Shown here piece by piece: positions 56,160-64,000 of a stretch of DNA of 64,000 nucleotides (position 1 is the stretch's first letter; each line of letters starts with the position of its first letter). Below the pieces are notes generated by a model. It was given only the letters and a program-made list of their open reading frames with translations. It was not told where the DNA came from and ran no database searches. The stretch lies in the NCBI GenBank assembly GCA_905197955.1, contig CAJKAR010000018.1:16374-80373 (forward strand), read 5' to 3'. Made by a program: the position numbers and the translations under genes. Origin of the DNA: an uncultured Lentisphaeria bacterium. Lineage in GTDB: Bacteria > Verrucomicrobiota > Lentisphaeria > Victivallales > UBA1829.

Positions 56160-57281
56160 TCAGATGGACGGCAGTTTCACATCCTTTGCCGGAACGATCA
56201 CCAGTTTCGCCCCCTTCAGAGCAAGCTGACGATTCGCCCAGCGGCGGAACTCGTTGATCCCGTAGACATCCAGATGCGGCAGAGATTTCATTCTAGCCCT
56301 GTCCTGATGCGCGGCGCAGGTGCAGAAGACCGGCACAACGTTTGTCACAGCCAGCACATCCCCCTCCTGCAGATCCGCCAGCTTCCGGCGGACCCATTTT
56401 TTCAGCACATTGAGCACGCCAGGCGCGGCAAAGCAGGGTAGCGATTTCACGGGATTTCCAGCGCCATCGTATGCAAGAAGCGTCTCGGGCCAGTCGAATG
56501 CCGCCATGTCGAACACATCCTTGTATTTTGCAGAAGTTCGGGCTCCGCCTTTTTTCCTCCATGCCAGCAGGAAGTTCATTCTGCGGTTGCGTCCGAAAGG
56601 CACCTCGACCTCCGGCCGGGGGTGGAACTCGTACGGGAGCCAGGAGGCCTCAAGTCCGTTTTCCGTTTTTGTCAATGTATAGCGGGAAACAGTATCCGGC
56701 GCGGATGCCGTCCAGCGCCAGAAATCCTCGCCGGTTGCGATCTCCAGAATGGTCCCTTCCCCGCTTTCCGCCAGAAGCGCAACCGGAGGCTGCGCAGAGT
56801 CGTAAATGACAGAACCTTCCGCAACGGAATCAAAACTCTTCCACTCCGGCTGCGGCAGAGCGGCTCCGGATTCCGGCGCGGAAAGCACCGCAAAGCGCGC
56901 AATGCCGCCCTCCAGACGGTATCCGCCCGCAAACAGACTCCGCACCTGAAAGGAGGCGCGGATCAGAAAATCCGTCGTCACGGAAAGCAGGCCGTCCGAG
57001 AGCTTGAATTTCCGGGCGATCCCCGGCTCGGCTCCGAACGGAATTCTGCACGAAGATTCAAACTGCGCCTCCCTGCCATCGTTGGAATGATGCACCTTGC
57101 GCCGTTCGTGAAGCGCGGAGGCCTCCTCCAGATTGTCGATCACGGCAAAACGGGAAACGAACGTCAGCGACCGATCCGGACGAAGCGTGAACAACCCCGG
57201 CTTCGGGGCATCGAAAACAACCTCCCAGTTCTTCCCGGACGAACGGAAGGTTCCATCGGACTGTCTCGTGATCTCCAGCAT
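56160..57281 (-). CDS. cytoplasmic protein of unknown function (373 aa)
   Basis: Long ORF with normal amino-acid composition. The start ATG shares one base with the upstream stop (TGATG). No motif recognised. Confidence 0.6.
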   Translation of the reverse strand: MLEITRQSDGTFRSSGKNWEVVFDAPKPGLFTLRPDRSLTFVSRFAVIDNLEEASALHERRKVHHSNDGREAQFESSCRIPFGAEPGIARKFKLSDGLLSVTTDFLIRASFQVRSLFAGGYRLEGGIARFAVLSAPESGAALPQPEWKSFDSVAEGSVIYDSAQPPVALLAESGEGTILEIATGEDFWRWTASAPDTVSRYTLTKTENGLEASWLPYEFHPRPEVEVPFGRNRRMNFLLAWRKKGGARTSAKYKDVFDMAAFDWPETLLAYDGAGNPVKSLPCFAAPGVLNVLKKWVRRKLADLQEGDVLAVTNVVPVFCTCAAHQDRARMKSLPHLDVYGINEFRRWANRQLALKGAKLVIVPAKDVKLPSI

Positions 57282-57784
57282 CAGATGACCTCGAACACCT
57301 TGGAAACATCTTTGCGCGCGAAGGGTCCGGGCCCATCCTTGGCGTACCCGAGCGGCGAGAGCGCAACCGAATGTTCCGAAGGCTTCACGCCGAGAATCGC
57401 ATCGACCGCGGCGCGGTCATACGCGCAGACCCAGCAGGTTCCGAGTCCCTCTTCCGTTGCCGCAAGCACAAAGTGCTCCATGGCGATTGCGGCATCCACA
57501 TCGACAATCGAATCTCCTTCCAGACGTTTCCACGCCGCGGAGGCATCCCCCACCACAACCGCGATCAACGGCGCTTCGGAAAGCCATGCCGCCTTGTACA
57601 CCCGGCAGATCGCCGCCCGCTTCTCCGGATCCTTCACCACGATGATGCGGAACGGCTGACGGTTGCACGCAGTCGGCGCCATATTCACCGCCTCGGCAAT
57701 GCGTTCCAGCGCATCCTCCGGAACGGGAACGGGACGATACGAACGAATACTTCTTCTCAAACGGATCACATCATAAAATTCCAT
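57281..57784 (-). CDS. nitroreductase family protein
   Basis: The N-terminus IRLRRSIRSYRPVPVPEDALERIAEAVNMAPTACNRQPFRIIVV is the classic FMN nitroreductase signature. Confidence 0.9.
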   Translation of the reverse strand: MEFYDVIRLRRSIRSYRPVPVPEDALERIAEAVNMAPTACNRQPFRIIVVKDPEKRAAICRVYKAAWLSEAPLIAVVVGDASAAWKRLEGDSIVDVDAAIAMEHFVLAATEEGLGTCWVCAYDRAAVDAILGVKPSEHSVALSPLGYAKDGPGPFARKDVSKVFEVI

Positions 57785-57796
57785 GTTTCAACCTCC

Positions 57797-59368
57797 TTAT
57801 GATTTCGAAAAACGCCGCAGAAGTTTTCCCGTCACAATCCGGGCTTCGCGGATACTAAGCAGAAATGCCAGCGCTGTAAATATAGCACCAAACAGCGCAC
57901 TTGCGCAAATCAGAGAAAGAATATTTTTCGGCAATGCCGCAAAAAAGCCAATTCCCTCCAGCTCCGTACAGAGATACCGCGCCGGAAGAGCCGCCACCGC
58001 TGAGATCACTAGCAGCTGGACAAACAGATATCCCGCACTCTTCAGCGGCATCCGTCCAAGACGCTTTCTCAGCAGATACAGAAGAATGAAATTGTTCAAA
58101 TACGCGGTAATGCTCGTTGCCAGAGCAATCCCCCCCTGCCGCATCACATCCATCAGGGAGATGCTGATCATCACATTCAGGACAATACAGAAGATCGAAA
58201 CCAGAACCGGCGTTTTCATGTCCTTTCTGGAATAGAAGCCGGAAACCGTCACCTTCGTTGCGGCAAACGCGGGAATCCCGAACGCATACCAGTAAAGCGC
58301 CAGCGCCGACTCATTCAAAGCAACCGTGTCGAACGCACCCCGGCGGAACAGAAGATCCAGAAGCTCACGCCCGAAGCAGATCATGTACGCCGCAAGCGGA
58401 ACCGTCAGAAAAAGAAGCTGACGCATGGAACCGAACATCATAATCAGCATCGTCTTGAGTCTGCCGGCTGCCGCAAGACGCGACATCAGAGAAAGAGAAA
58501 CCGTACCGAACGCCACCGCAAAAATTCCAATCGGCAGATAGATGAGCCGGTCGCTGTAATACAAAGCCGCAACCGCGTGGTTGCCGATCGCCATCGCAAT
58601 CGTCCGGTCGCAGATCACGCTGACCTGAAGAGCCGACATCCCGATCAGTCCCGGCAGCGCCAGATGCCAGATCTCCCGGATCGCCGGCGCATTCCACAAC
58701 GTCCGTCCCGACAATTCCGGCAGCATCCCCTCCTTCTTCAGCAGCCACCCGAGCACCACCATCTCCGCAAGCCCCGAAAGCAGCACCGCCACCGAAAGCA
58801 CATACAGACAGTTCACCGGTTCTTTCCGCCCCCCCGAACAGAAAAACAGAAGCGCTCCGATCAGGAACACATTCAGCAGCAGACTCGCCATCGCAGGCAG
58901 GAAAAACTGCTTCATGCTGTTCAGAAGCGAGGTTGCTATCCCGATCAGGCAGATCATAATGCAGTACGGCATCACCACCGGCGTTGCAAGGAGCGCCATC
59001 TTCCAGCGTTCCGTCGTCACATACGGCTCAATCAGCAGCGCGGGAAGTGCCACCAGCACCGTAATCAGCGCCAGAAGAAAGGTCAGCCAGATCACAATCG
59101 TGGAGAACTTGCGCCGGGCGGAATCCTGTCCCTCTTTTTCCAGCGTATGGGAGATCATCGGGATCAGAGCGGTCCCCAGCGCCCCCTCCCCCAGAATGCG
59201 ACGGAAAAGATTCGGAAGCGTAAACGCAAGCGCCCATGCGCTCATCAGCATTCCGCCTCCGATGAACTGAGCAGTCAGAATCTCCCGGATCAGCCCCAGA
59301 ACGCGGCTCAGAAAGGTGGCTCCGGAAAGCCCCATCGTGCTTTTGAAAACACCCCGATCCGAAGCCAT
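57797..59368 (-). CDS. murJ: lipid II flippase MurJ
   Basis: 523 aa with about 14 TM segments. The N-terminus GLSGATFLSRVLGLIREILTAQFIGGGMLMSAWALAFTLPNLFRRILGEGALGTALIP matches the MurJ/MviN signature. Confidence 0.9.
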   Translation of the reverse strand: MASDRGVFKSTMGLSGATFLSRVLGLIREILTAQFIGGGMLMSAWALAFTLPNLFRRILGEGALGTALIPMISHTLEKEGQDSARRKFSTIVIWLTFLLALITVLVALPALLIEPYVTTERWKMALLATPVVMPYCIMICLIGIATSLLNSMKQFFLPAMASLLLNVFLIGALLFFCSGGRKEPVNCLYVLSVAVLLSGLAEMVVLGWLLKKEGMLPELSGRTLWNAPAIREIWHLALPGLIGMSALQVSVICDRTIAMAIGNHAVAALYYSDRLIYLPIGIFAVAFGTVSLSLMSRLAAAGRLKTMLIMMFGSMRQLLFLTVPLAAYMICFGRELLDLLFRRGAFDTVALNESALALYWYAFGIPAFAATKVTVSGFYSRKDMKTPVLVSIFCIVLNVMISISLMDVMRQGGIALATSITAYLNNFILLYLLRKRLGRMPLKSAGYLFVQLLVISAVAALPARYLCTELEGIGFFAALPKNILSLICASALFGAIFTALAFLLSIREARIVTGKLLRRFSKS

Positions 59369-59384
59369 GACAAAACGAACCTCC

Positions 59385-60485
59385 TCAGACGGAGAAGCGG
59401 ACGAACACGCAGTCGCCGTCCTGCACGATGTACTCTTTTCCTTCGATCCGGAGCTTTCCGGCCTCTTTCGCGCCGTTCCAGCTTCCGTATTTCATCAGAT
59501 CGTCGTAGGAGACGACCTCCATGCGGATGAAGCCGCGCTCCATATCGGTATGGATTTTTCCAGCCGCCTGCGGCGCCGTCGAACCGCGCGTGACGGTCCA
59601 GGCACGGGTCTCATCGGGACCGGTCGTAAAGAATGTCAGGTAGTTCAGAAGCTGATAGCCGGTATGAATGACTCGTTCGAGTCCGCTTTTCTCCACGCCG
59701 ATATCTTCCAGAAACGCGAGAGCCTCATCGGGTTCGAGCTGGGCAAGATCCTCTTCCAGCTTCGCGCAGACGGGAACGACCTCCATGCCATGTTTTGCGG
59801 CATCGGCAATCAGCTTTTTCGAGACCTCGTCTTTACCGAAGTTCCGGAACGCCTCCTCATCGGTATTCGCGCAGACGAACGCCGGAGTAAGAGTCAGCAG
59901 CTGCATGGATTTCACAATCCGCACCTGTTTCGGATCCTCCTTGTCATAGACCGGGAGAGTTGCGTTCTCCAGATTTTTCACAAAGGAATTGGCAAGTTCG
60001 AGTTCCAGTTTCAGTTCGGGATCGCCGCTGCGGGCGAGCTTTTTCGATTTGTCGATTTTCTTCTGCAAATATTCCAGATCCGCCAGCATGAGTTCGGTCA
60101 GGATCAGTTCGAGGTCCCGGGAGGGATCGACCACCTCCTTGACATGCACCACATCCGGATCCTTGAACAAGCGGACAACATGCGCCACGGCATCCACATT
60201 GCGGATATGACCGAGGAACTGGTTGCCGAGCCCCTCCCCCTTGCTTGCGCCTTCGACAAGTCCGGCGATGTCGATAAACTTCATTGTTGCCGGCACAACC
60301 TTCGCCGAGTGCTCCAGCTTGACCAGCTCATCCACGCGCTTGTCGGGAACCGGTACGACACCCGTATTCGGATCAATCGTGCAGAACGGAAAATTGGCGG
60401 CTACCGCCCCGCCTTTGCACAACGCATTGAAAAGGGTTGACTTCCCGACATTCGGCAATCCTACAAAACCACAGGCAAATCCCAT
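59385..60485 (-). CDS. ychF: redox-regulated ATPase YchF (Obg-like)
   Basis: MGFACGFVGLPNVGKSTLFNAL P-loop, a TGS-like C-terminus and DGDCVFVRF at the end. The ATG at 60485 is preferred over 60500. Confidence 0.95.
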   Translation of the reverse strand: MGFACGFVGLPNVGKSTLFNALCKGGAVAANFPFCTIDPNTGVVPVPDKRVDELVKLEHSAKVVPATMKFIDIAGLVEGASKGEGLGNQFLGHIRNVDAVAHVVRLFKDPDVVHVKEVVDPSRDLELILTELMLADLEYLQKKIDKSKKLARSGDPELKLELELANSFVKNLENATLPVYDKEDPKQVRIVKSMQLLTLTPAFVCANTDEEAFRNFGKDEVSKKLIADAAKHGMEVVPVCAKLEEDLAQLEPDEALAFLEDIGVEKSGLERVIHTGYQLLNYLTFFTTGPDETRAWTVTRGSTAPQAAGKIHTDMERGFIRMEVVSYDDLMKYGSWNGAKEAGKLRIEGKEYIVQDGDCVFVRFSV

Positions 60486-60644
60486 TGGTGAAAACTCCAT
60501 TCTTATTTTTTTGAATCAGTTCAAATGGAAATTTACCATTTCATTTGTTTTTTTCAACCGTCCGGAGATTTAAATTCCGCAAATCCGGTGTAAGTTTACA
60601 ACACCTGTTTACAGATTGCAGTCAAACTTCTGAGGAAATGAGAA

Positions 60645-61982
60645 ATGGAAGAAGAAAATAAGAGGGTTCTGATCCTCGGATTCGGGATCAGCGGAAGAGC
60701 CGCCGCACGGCTCGCGGAACATCTGAAAATGATCCCGGTTCCCGTCGACGCCAGACATGCGCCGGATGAAGCGCTCTTCCGGGAATCCGCCTTCGGCTGG
60801 CAGGAGGGAACGCCTCTGCCCCATGCGGATCTGGCGGTCATCAGTCCCGGCATCCGCCCCGATTCCCCGATGGCACAGGCAGCTCGGAATGCCGGGGCAT
60901 CTATCATCGGAGAACTCGAATTCGCCTGCCGCGTCCTTCCCTGCCGGATCGTCGCCATTACAGGAACCAACGGAAAAACCACCACAACGGAACTTACCAC
61001 AGCACTTCTTCAGGCAAATGGAATCCGGGCTCAGTCCGCGGGAAATATCGGAAACGCCCTCAGCGACGCCGCTCTCGACGTGCTCCTCCACAACAATCTC
61101 GATGTGCTGGTTGTGGAATCCAGCTCGTTTCAGCTTGAGACCATCCAGTCCTTCCGCCCCTCGACCGGCGCGCTCCTGAATCTGGCAAGCGACCACATCA
61201 ACCGTCACGGCTCCATGGAGGGCTACGCCGAAGCCAAACTGCGGCTCTTCCGGAACATGGAAGGCGGCAATGCCGTCATCAACGCCAACCTTCCGGAACG
61301 TTACGCCCAGCAAATCCGCGCCCGCTGCCGCACCGAAACATTCTCCGCCGCGCAGAATGCCGATTTCATGCTTGAAAACGGAAGCATCCGCTTTCATGGA
61401 AGACCCGTCATTCCGCTGGCGGAAGTTCCGCTCAAAGGGAACCATAACGCAGAAAACATCATGGCGGCGCTCGCAATCTTGAAGGCGGAAGCCGGGGAAG
61501 AGGCACTCTTTTCCGAAGCGACCGCGGAGGCACTCCGCAGTTTTCACCCGGATGTTCACCGGATGGAGTTCTTCGCGGAACACAATGGTATCCGGTTCGT
61601 CGATGATTCCAAAGCGACGAATCCCCATTCGGTCAACGCCGCTCTGAACACGTTCGGCGGGAAGAAGAACGTCATCCTGATCCTCGGCGGACTCGACAAG
61701 CAGATGGATTTCTCCTCCATCCGGGACGATGCGGACAAAATCAAATGCGCCTTTCTCATCGGGGAATGCAAAGAGAAAATCTATGCCGCTCTCCACGATC
61801 TCTTCCCCTGCACCCTCTGCGCGACGCTGGAAGAGGCAACGGAACAGGGAGCCCGCTCCGCCGCCCCCGGCGACATTCTCGCCCTCTGTCCCGCCTGCGC
61901 CAGCATGGATATGTTCCGGGATTACAAGGAGCGCGGCAACCGTTTCAAAGAGGCGGTCCACCGGCTGATCCGGAACTCATAA
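60645..61982 (+). CDS. murD: UDP-N-acetylmuramoyl-L-alanine--D-glutamate ligase
   Basis: N-terminal Rossmann ILGFGISGRAAARL. Mur ligase P-loop ITGTNGKTTTTEL. C-terminal DMFRDYKERG. Confidence 0.9.
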   Translation: MEEENKRVLILGFGISGRAAARLAEHLKMIPVPVDARHAPDEALFRESAFGWQEGTPLPHADLAVISPGIRPDSPMAQAARNAGASIIGELEFACRVLPCRIVAITGTNGKTTTTELTTALLQANGIRAQSAGNIGNALSDAALDVLLHNNLDVLVVESSSFQLETIQSFRPSTGALLNLASDHINRHGSMEGYAEAKLRLFRNMEGGNAVINANLPERYAQQIRARCRTETFSAAQNADFMLENGSIRFHGRPVIPLAEVPLKGNHNAENIMAALAILKAEAGEEALFSEATAEALRSFHPDVHRMEFFAEHNGIRFVDDSKATNPHSVNAALNTFGGKKNVILILGGLDKQMDFSSIRDDADKIKCAFLIGECKEKIYAALHDLFPCTLCATLEEATEQGARSAAPGDILALCPACASMDMFRDYKERGNRFKEAVHRLIRNS

Positions 61983-62020
61983 CCCATTTTCCTATCTCCA
62001 CCGGGAGTTCGGAACCGGAA

Positions 62021-63781
62021 TCACGATTTCGGTTCCGAAAGCACCCGCGCGGATCGCGCCGGAAGATGAATGGCAAACGAGTCCGCGACCGCTTCCCCCG
62101 TCCAGAAATCACTCAGACCGCGGGAGGTCTCCGGCAACCGGAAGTCCGCGGAACCGGTATCATCCCAGTTGAAGAAAAAGTGAAGCGTGCGGTCCGGCAG
62201 ATCCATTCTGCCATACCGGAACGAGGTGTCCGAAAAACGCGCGGTGTGACCGTAACATGCCATGATTTTGCGGATCGTTTCCAGAGAGGATTCCGAAAGC
62301 TGCGCCAGTTTGTCGCTGGAAAGGATCATGCCGCCGGAAGCCAAGATGTGCGCTTTGTGGAAACTGAACTCGTTCGGAGAGAGCGAACTGGTCTGACGGC
62401 TGGTCGGCACACCGTCGGGGCCCATGATATCGACCCGAAGATTTTCGAGGACAAGACAATCCGGATCGTTGATCCAGAGCCGTCCGTTCTGCCAGTTGCG
62501 GAGGAAACACTCCCGCGCCAGAGTCTTGAACACCGGCCACGAACGGCTGATGTCGCCCGTGATCCGCATGGCGTTGCAGACGCCGATCGAAGGCCACATC
62601 GGAGCATTGCAGCCCAAGATGACGGAATCCGCTCCCGCGCCCTCCATCACGGCGCGCATTCCGGCGCGGTAGGCCTCAACGCTCGTGACAGACGGATTCC
62701 GCCGCCGTCCGAACGGCATGCACCCCCACATGATGCCGTCGAGTTTGAAATAACGGCACTGCCACTCGCGGCGCATCGTGCGGAACACATCGCGGATGTA
62801 GTCGAGCACCTCCGGGATCGTGCAGTCGAGCATGTACCACGGAGCCGCGCGCCAGCCGCCGAACGAATACCGGGAGGAAGGAAGAGGAAGTCCATCGTCA
62901 TCGGTCAGGAACCATTCCGGATGCGACCGGAAAAGCTCCGACTCCGTCTCGGCAATGAACGGAGAAACCCAGATCGCAGGCTCCAGACCGTTCTCCCGGA
63001 TCTTCAGGCACAGGGAACGAATCCCGGCGGGAAAGTTCCGATGCGGAATCAGCCAGTCGCCCATGTGCGCCTGATAGCCGTCGTCGATCTGAACAAAGCG
63101 GAGGAAAGGAAGTTTCTCCTTCATTGCCTTCATATTCTCCTCGATGTCCCGTTCCGTCACATCGGGTCCGTAGCAGTACCAGGAGCACCAGCCGGTGATC
63201 TGATCCTTGTACTCCGGAGTCGGATGATGAACAGCAATCCGGTCCGCGAAATCCGCAAGCAGCGTCTCTCTGGAGGTACCGTACTGATAGAAAAACTCCT
63301 CCAGCTCCAGCGTTCCATCCGCGGAGAGCTCCAGTCCGCCGCAGTCGATCACGAATTCGAACGAGCGGGAATTGAAACGGATCTCATTGGAAAATCTCCG
63401 GCAGGAGGAAAATCCCGCAAGCAGAATCTCTTTCCCCTCCGGAAAGAGAAGCAAAAGATTGTAGCAGGTGAAGAAGCCCTTCTTCGCAGGAAGTTTGTAG
63501 TGATAGAGATCGCTGTACGCTCCGGCGAGTTCAAATTGATCGAGGGTTCCCTGATACTGGGAAAGCATGTTGAACCCCTCGCCGTAGAAACGCGTGGAAG
63601 CCGGATACGGCATCCCGCCCCGGAATACGACAACTTCCTTCAGAAAGACCGCCTCTCCCGAACGGTTCTTCAAGGAAAACGAACAGCGATTTCCGTTCCA
63701 GGACCGGACCAATTCCACATTTTTGGCAATAGAACCACCGGCGAGCACAACCGCGGACTCGAGTTCTTCGAATCGAATCAT
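62021..63781 (-). CDS. alpha-galactosidase-like glycoside hydrolase (GH36/GH27 clan D), cytoplasmic
   Basis: GWCSWYCYG, FVQIDDGYQ and RYFKLDGI (nucleophile context) blocks. No signal peptide. Confidence 0.8.
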   Translation of the reverse strand: MIRFEELESAVVLAGGSIAKNVELVRSWNGNRCSFSLKNRSGEAVFLKEVVVFRGGMPYPASTRFYGEGFNMLSQYQGTLDQFELAGAYSDLYHYKLPAKKGFFTCYNLLLLFPEGKEILLAGFSSCRRFSNEIRFNSRSFEFVIDCGGLELSADGTLELEEFFYQYGTSRETLLADFADRIAVHHPTPEYKDQITGWCSWYCYGPDVTERDIEENMKAMKEKLPFLRFVQIDDGYQAHMGDWLIPHRNFPAGIRSLCLKIRENGLEPAIWVSPFIAETESELFRSHPEWFLTDDDGLPLPSSRYSFGGWRAAPWYMLDCTIPEVLDYIRDVFRTMRREWQCRYFKLDGIMWGCMPFGRRRNPSVTSVEAYRAGMRAVMEGAGADSVILGCNAPMWPSIGVCNAMRITGDISRSWPVFKTLARECFLRNWQNGRLWINDPDCLVLENLRVDIMGPDGVPTSRQTSSLSPNEFSFHKAHILASGGMILSSDKLAQLSESSLETIRKIMACYGHTARFSDTSFRYGRMDLPDRTLHFFFNWDDTGSADFRLPETSRGLSDFWTGEAVADSFAIHLPARSARVLSEPKS

Positions 63782-63856
63782 TTTTCTCTCCTCGTTTGAT
63801 TGAAAAGTGCAGTTTCAGAAACTATCTTACCATAGACGCAAAACAAGGAAACGCCC

Positions 63857-64000
63857 ATGTCTTCTTCCTTAAAAATCATATCCAATTCGACAAAACATTC
63901 CGGATTTCTCTCCTGTACCTCGTTCCGTTCGGAGCGGGATCTTCCTTCGCTGGAGGAGCGCGGCATCCGGAACGGCGGAATCGCCGCCATTCAGGCACCG
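63857..64000 (+). CDS. 5' fragment of an unidentified gene running off the window, divergent from the GH36 gene
   Basis: The ATG at 63857 has an AGGA SD 7 nt upstream, and 48 codons stay open to the window end (MSSSLKIISNSTKHSGFLSCTSFRSERDLPSLEERGIRNGGIAAIQAP). Too short to assign. Confidence 0.35.
   Translation, partial: MSSSLKIISNSTKHSGFLSCTSFRSERDLPSLEERGIRNGGIAAIQAP

Noticed and set aside
63778-63990. 70-aa minus-strand ORF overlapping the GH36 start region.
   Set aside because: It overlaps the GH36 start and the better-supported plus-strand ORF that begins at 63857. It has no SD and no recognisable motif.

Overview
The window holds about 48 protein-coding genes at high coding density and moderately high GC. 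I saw no rRNA, tRNA, CRISPR array, transposase or integrase. The flanks (1-20.2 kb and 52.9-62 kb) carry housekeeping and envelope genes. These include a Bat-like vWA/DUF4159 pair, an ECF sigma/anti-sigma/Spy-like triad, a HAD hydrolase, a MATE pump, a Sel1-repeat protein, an ADP-ribosylglycohydrolase, a SEDS-ygiQ-PPC-repeat operon, purA, rbsK, aguBA, murJ, ychF and murD. The centre (20.4-52.9 kb) and the far right edge (GH36) form a glycan-degradation island made of three similar modules. In each module a sugar-sensing transcription factor (two GntR-HTH/AraR-like, one LacI) is translationally coupled by an ATGA overlap to a pseudopilin-like gene. That gene has a prepilin-type N-terminus and a degenerate H-X9-DG-like C-terminus. 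Each pair sits in an operon with secreted enzymes: two paralogous GH5 proteins, or two paralogous ~1300-aa proteins with FlgD-Ig, NHL-like propeller and CBM9-like domains that flank an SGNH esterase. Other CAZyme-type genes lie between the modules: a CE2-like SGNH esterase, CE4, GH95, a beta-propeller GH-like protein, a beta-helix protein, an alpha/beta esterase and two AraC regulators. No transporter is encoded anywhere in the island. The pseudopilin expansion and gene content suggest a PVC-superphylum organism (Lentisphaerota/Victivallales-like or Kiritimatiellota-like), but that is inference only. The most interesting signals are the recurrent regulator-pseudopilin coupling and the absence of the canonical Gly(-1) in all three pseudopilins. 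Next are the 11.4-kb operon of giant paralogs with no recognisable catalytic domain, the duplicated promoter/operator units and short tandem iterons in front of island genes, the SEDS-YgiQ-PPC operon, and a ~330-nt structured leader or sRNA candidate upstream of the ADP-ribosylglycohydrolase. All homology calls come from reading motifs by eye. No database search was run.
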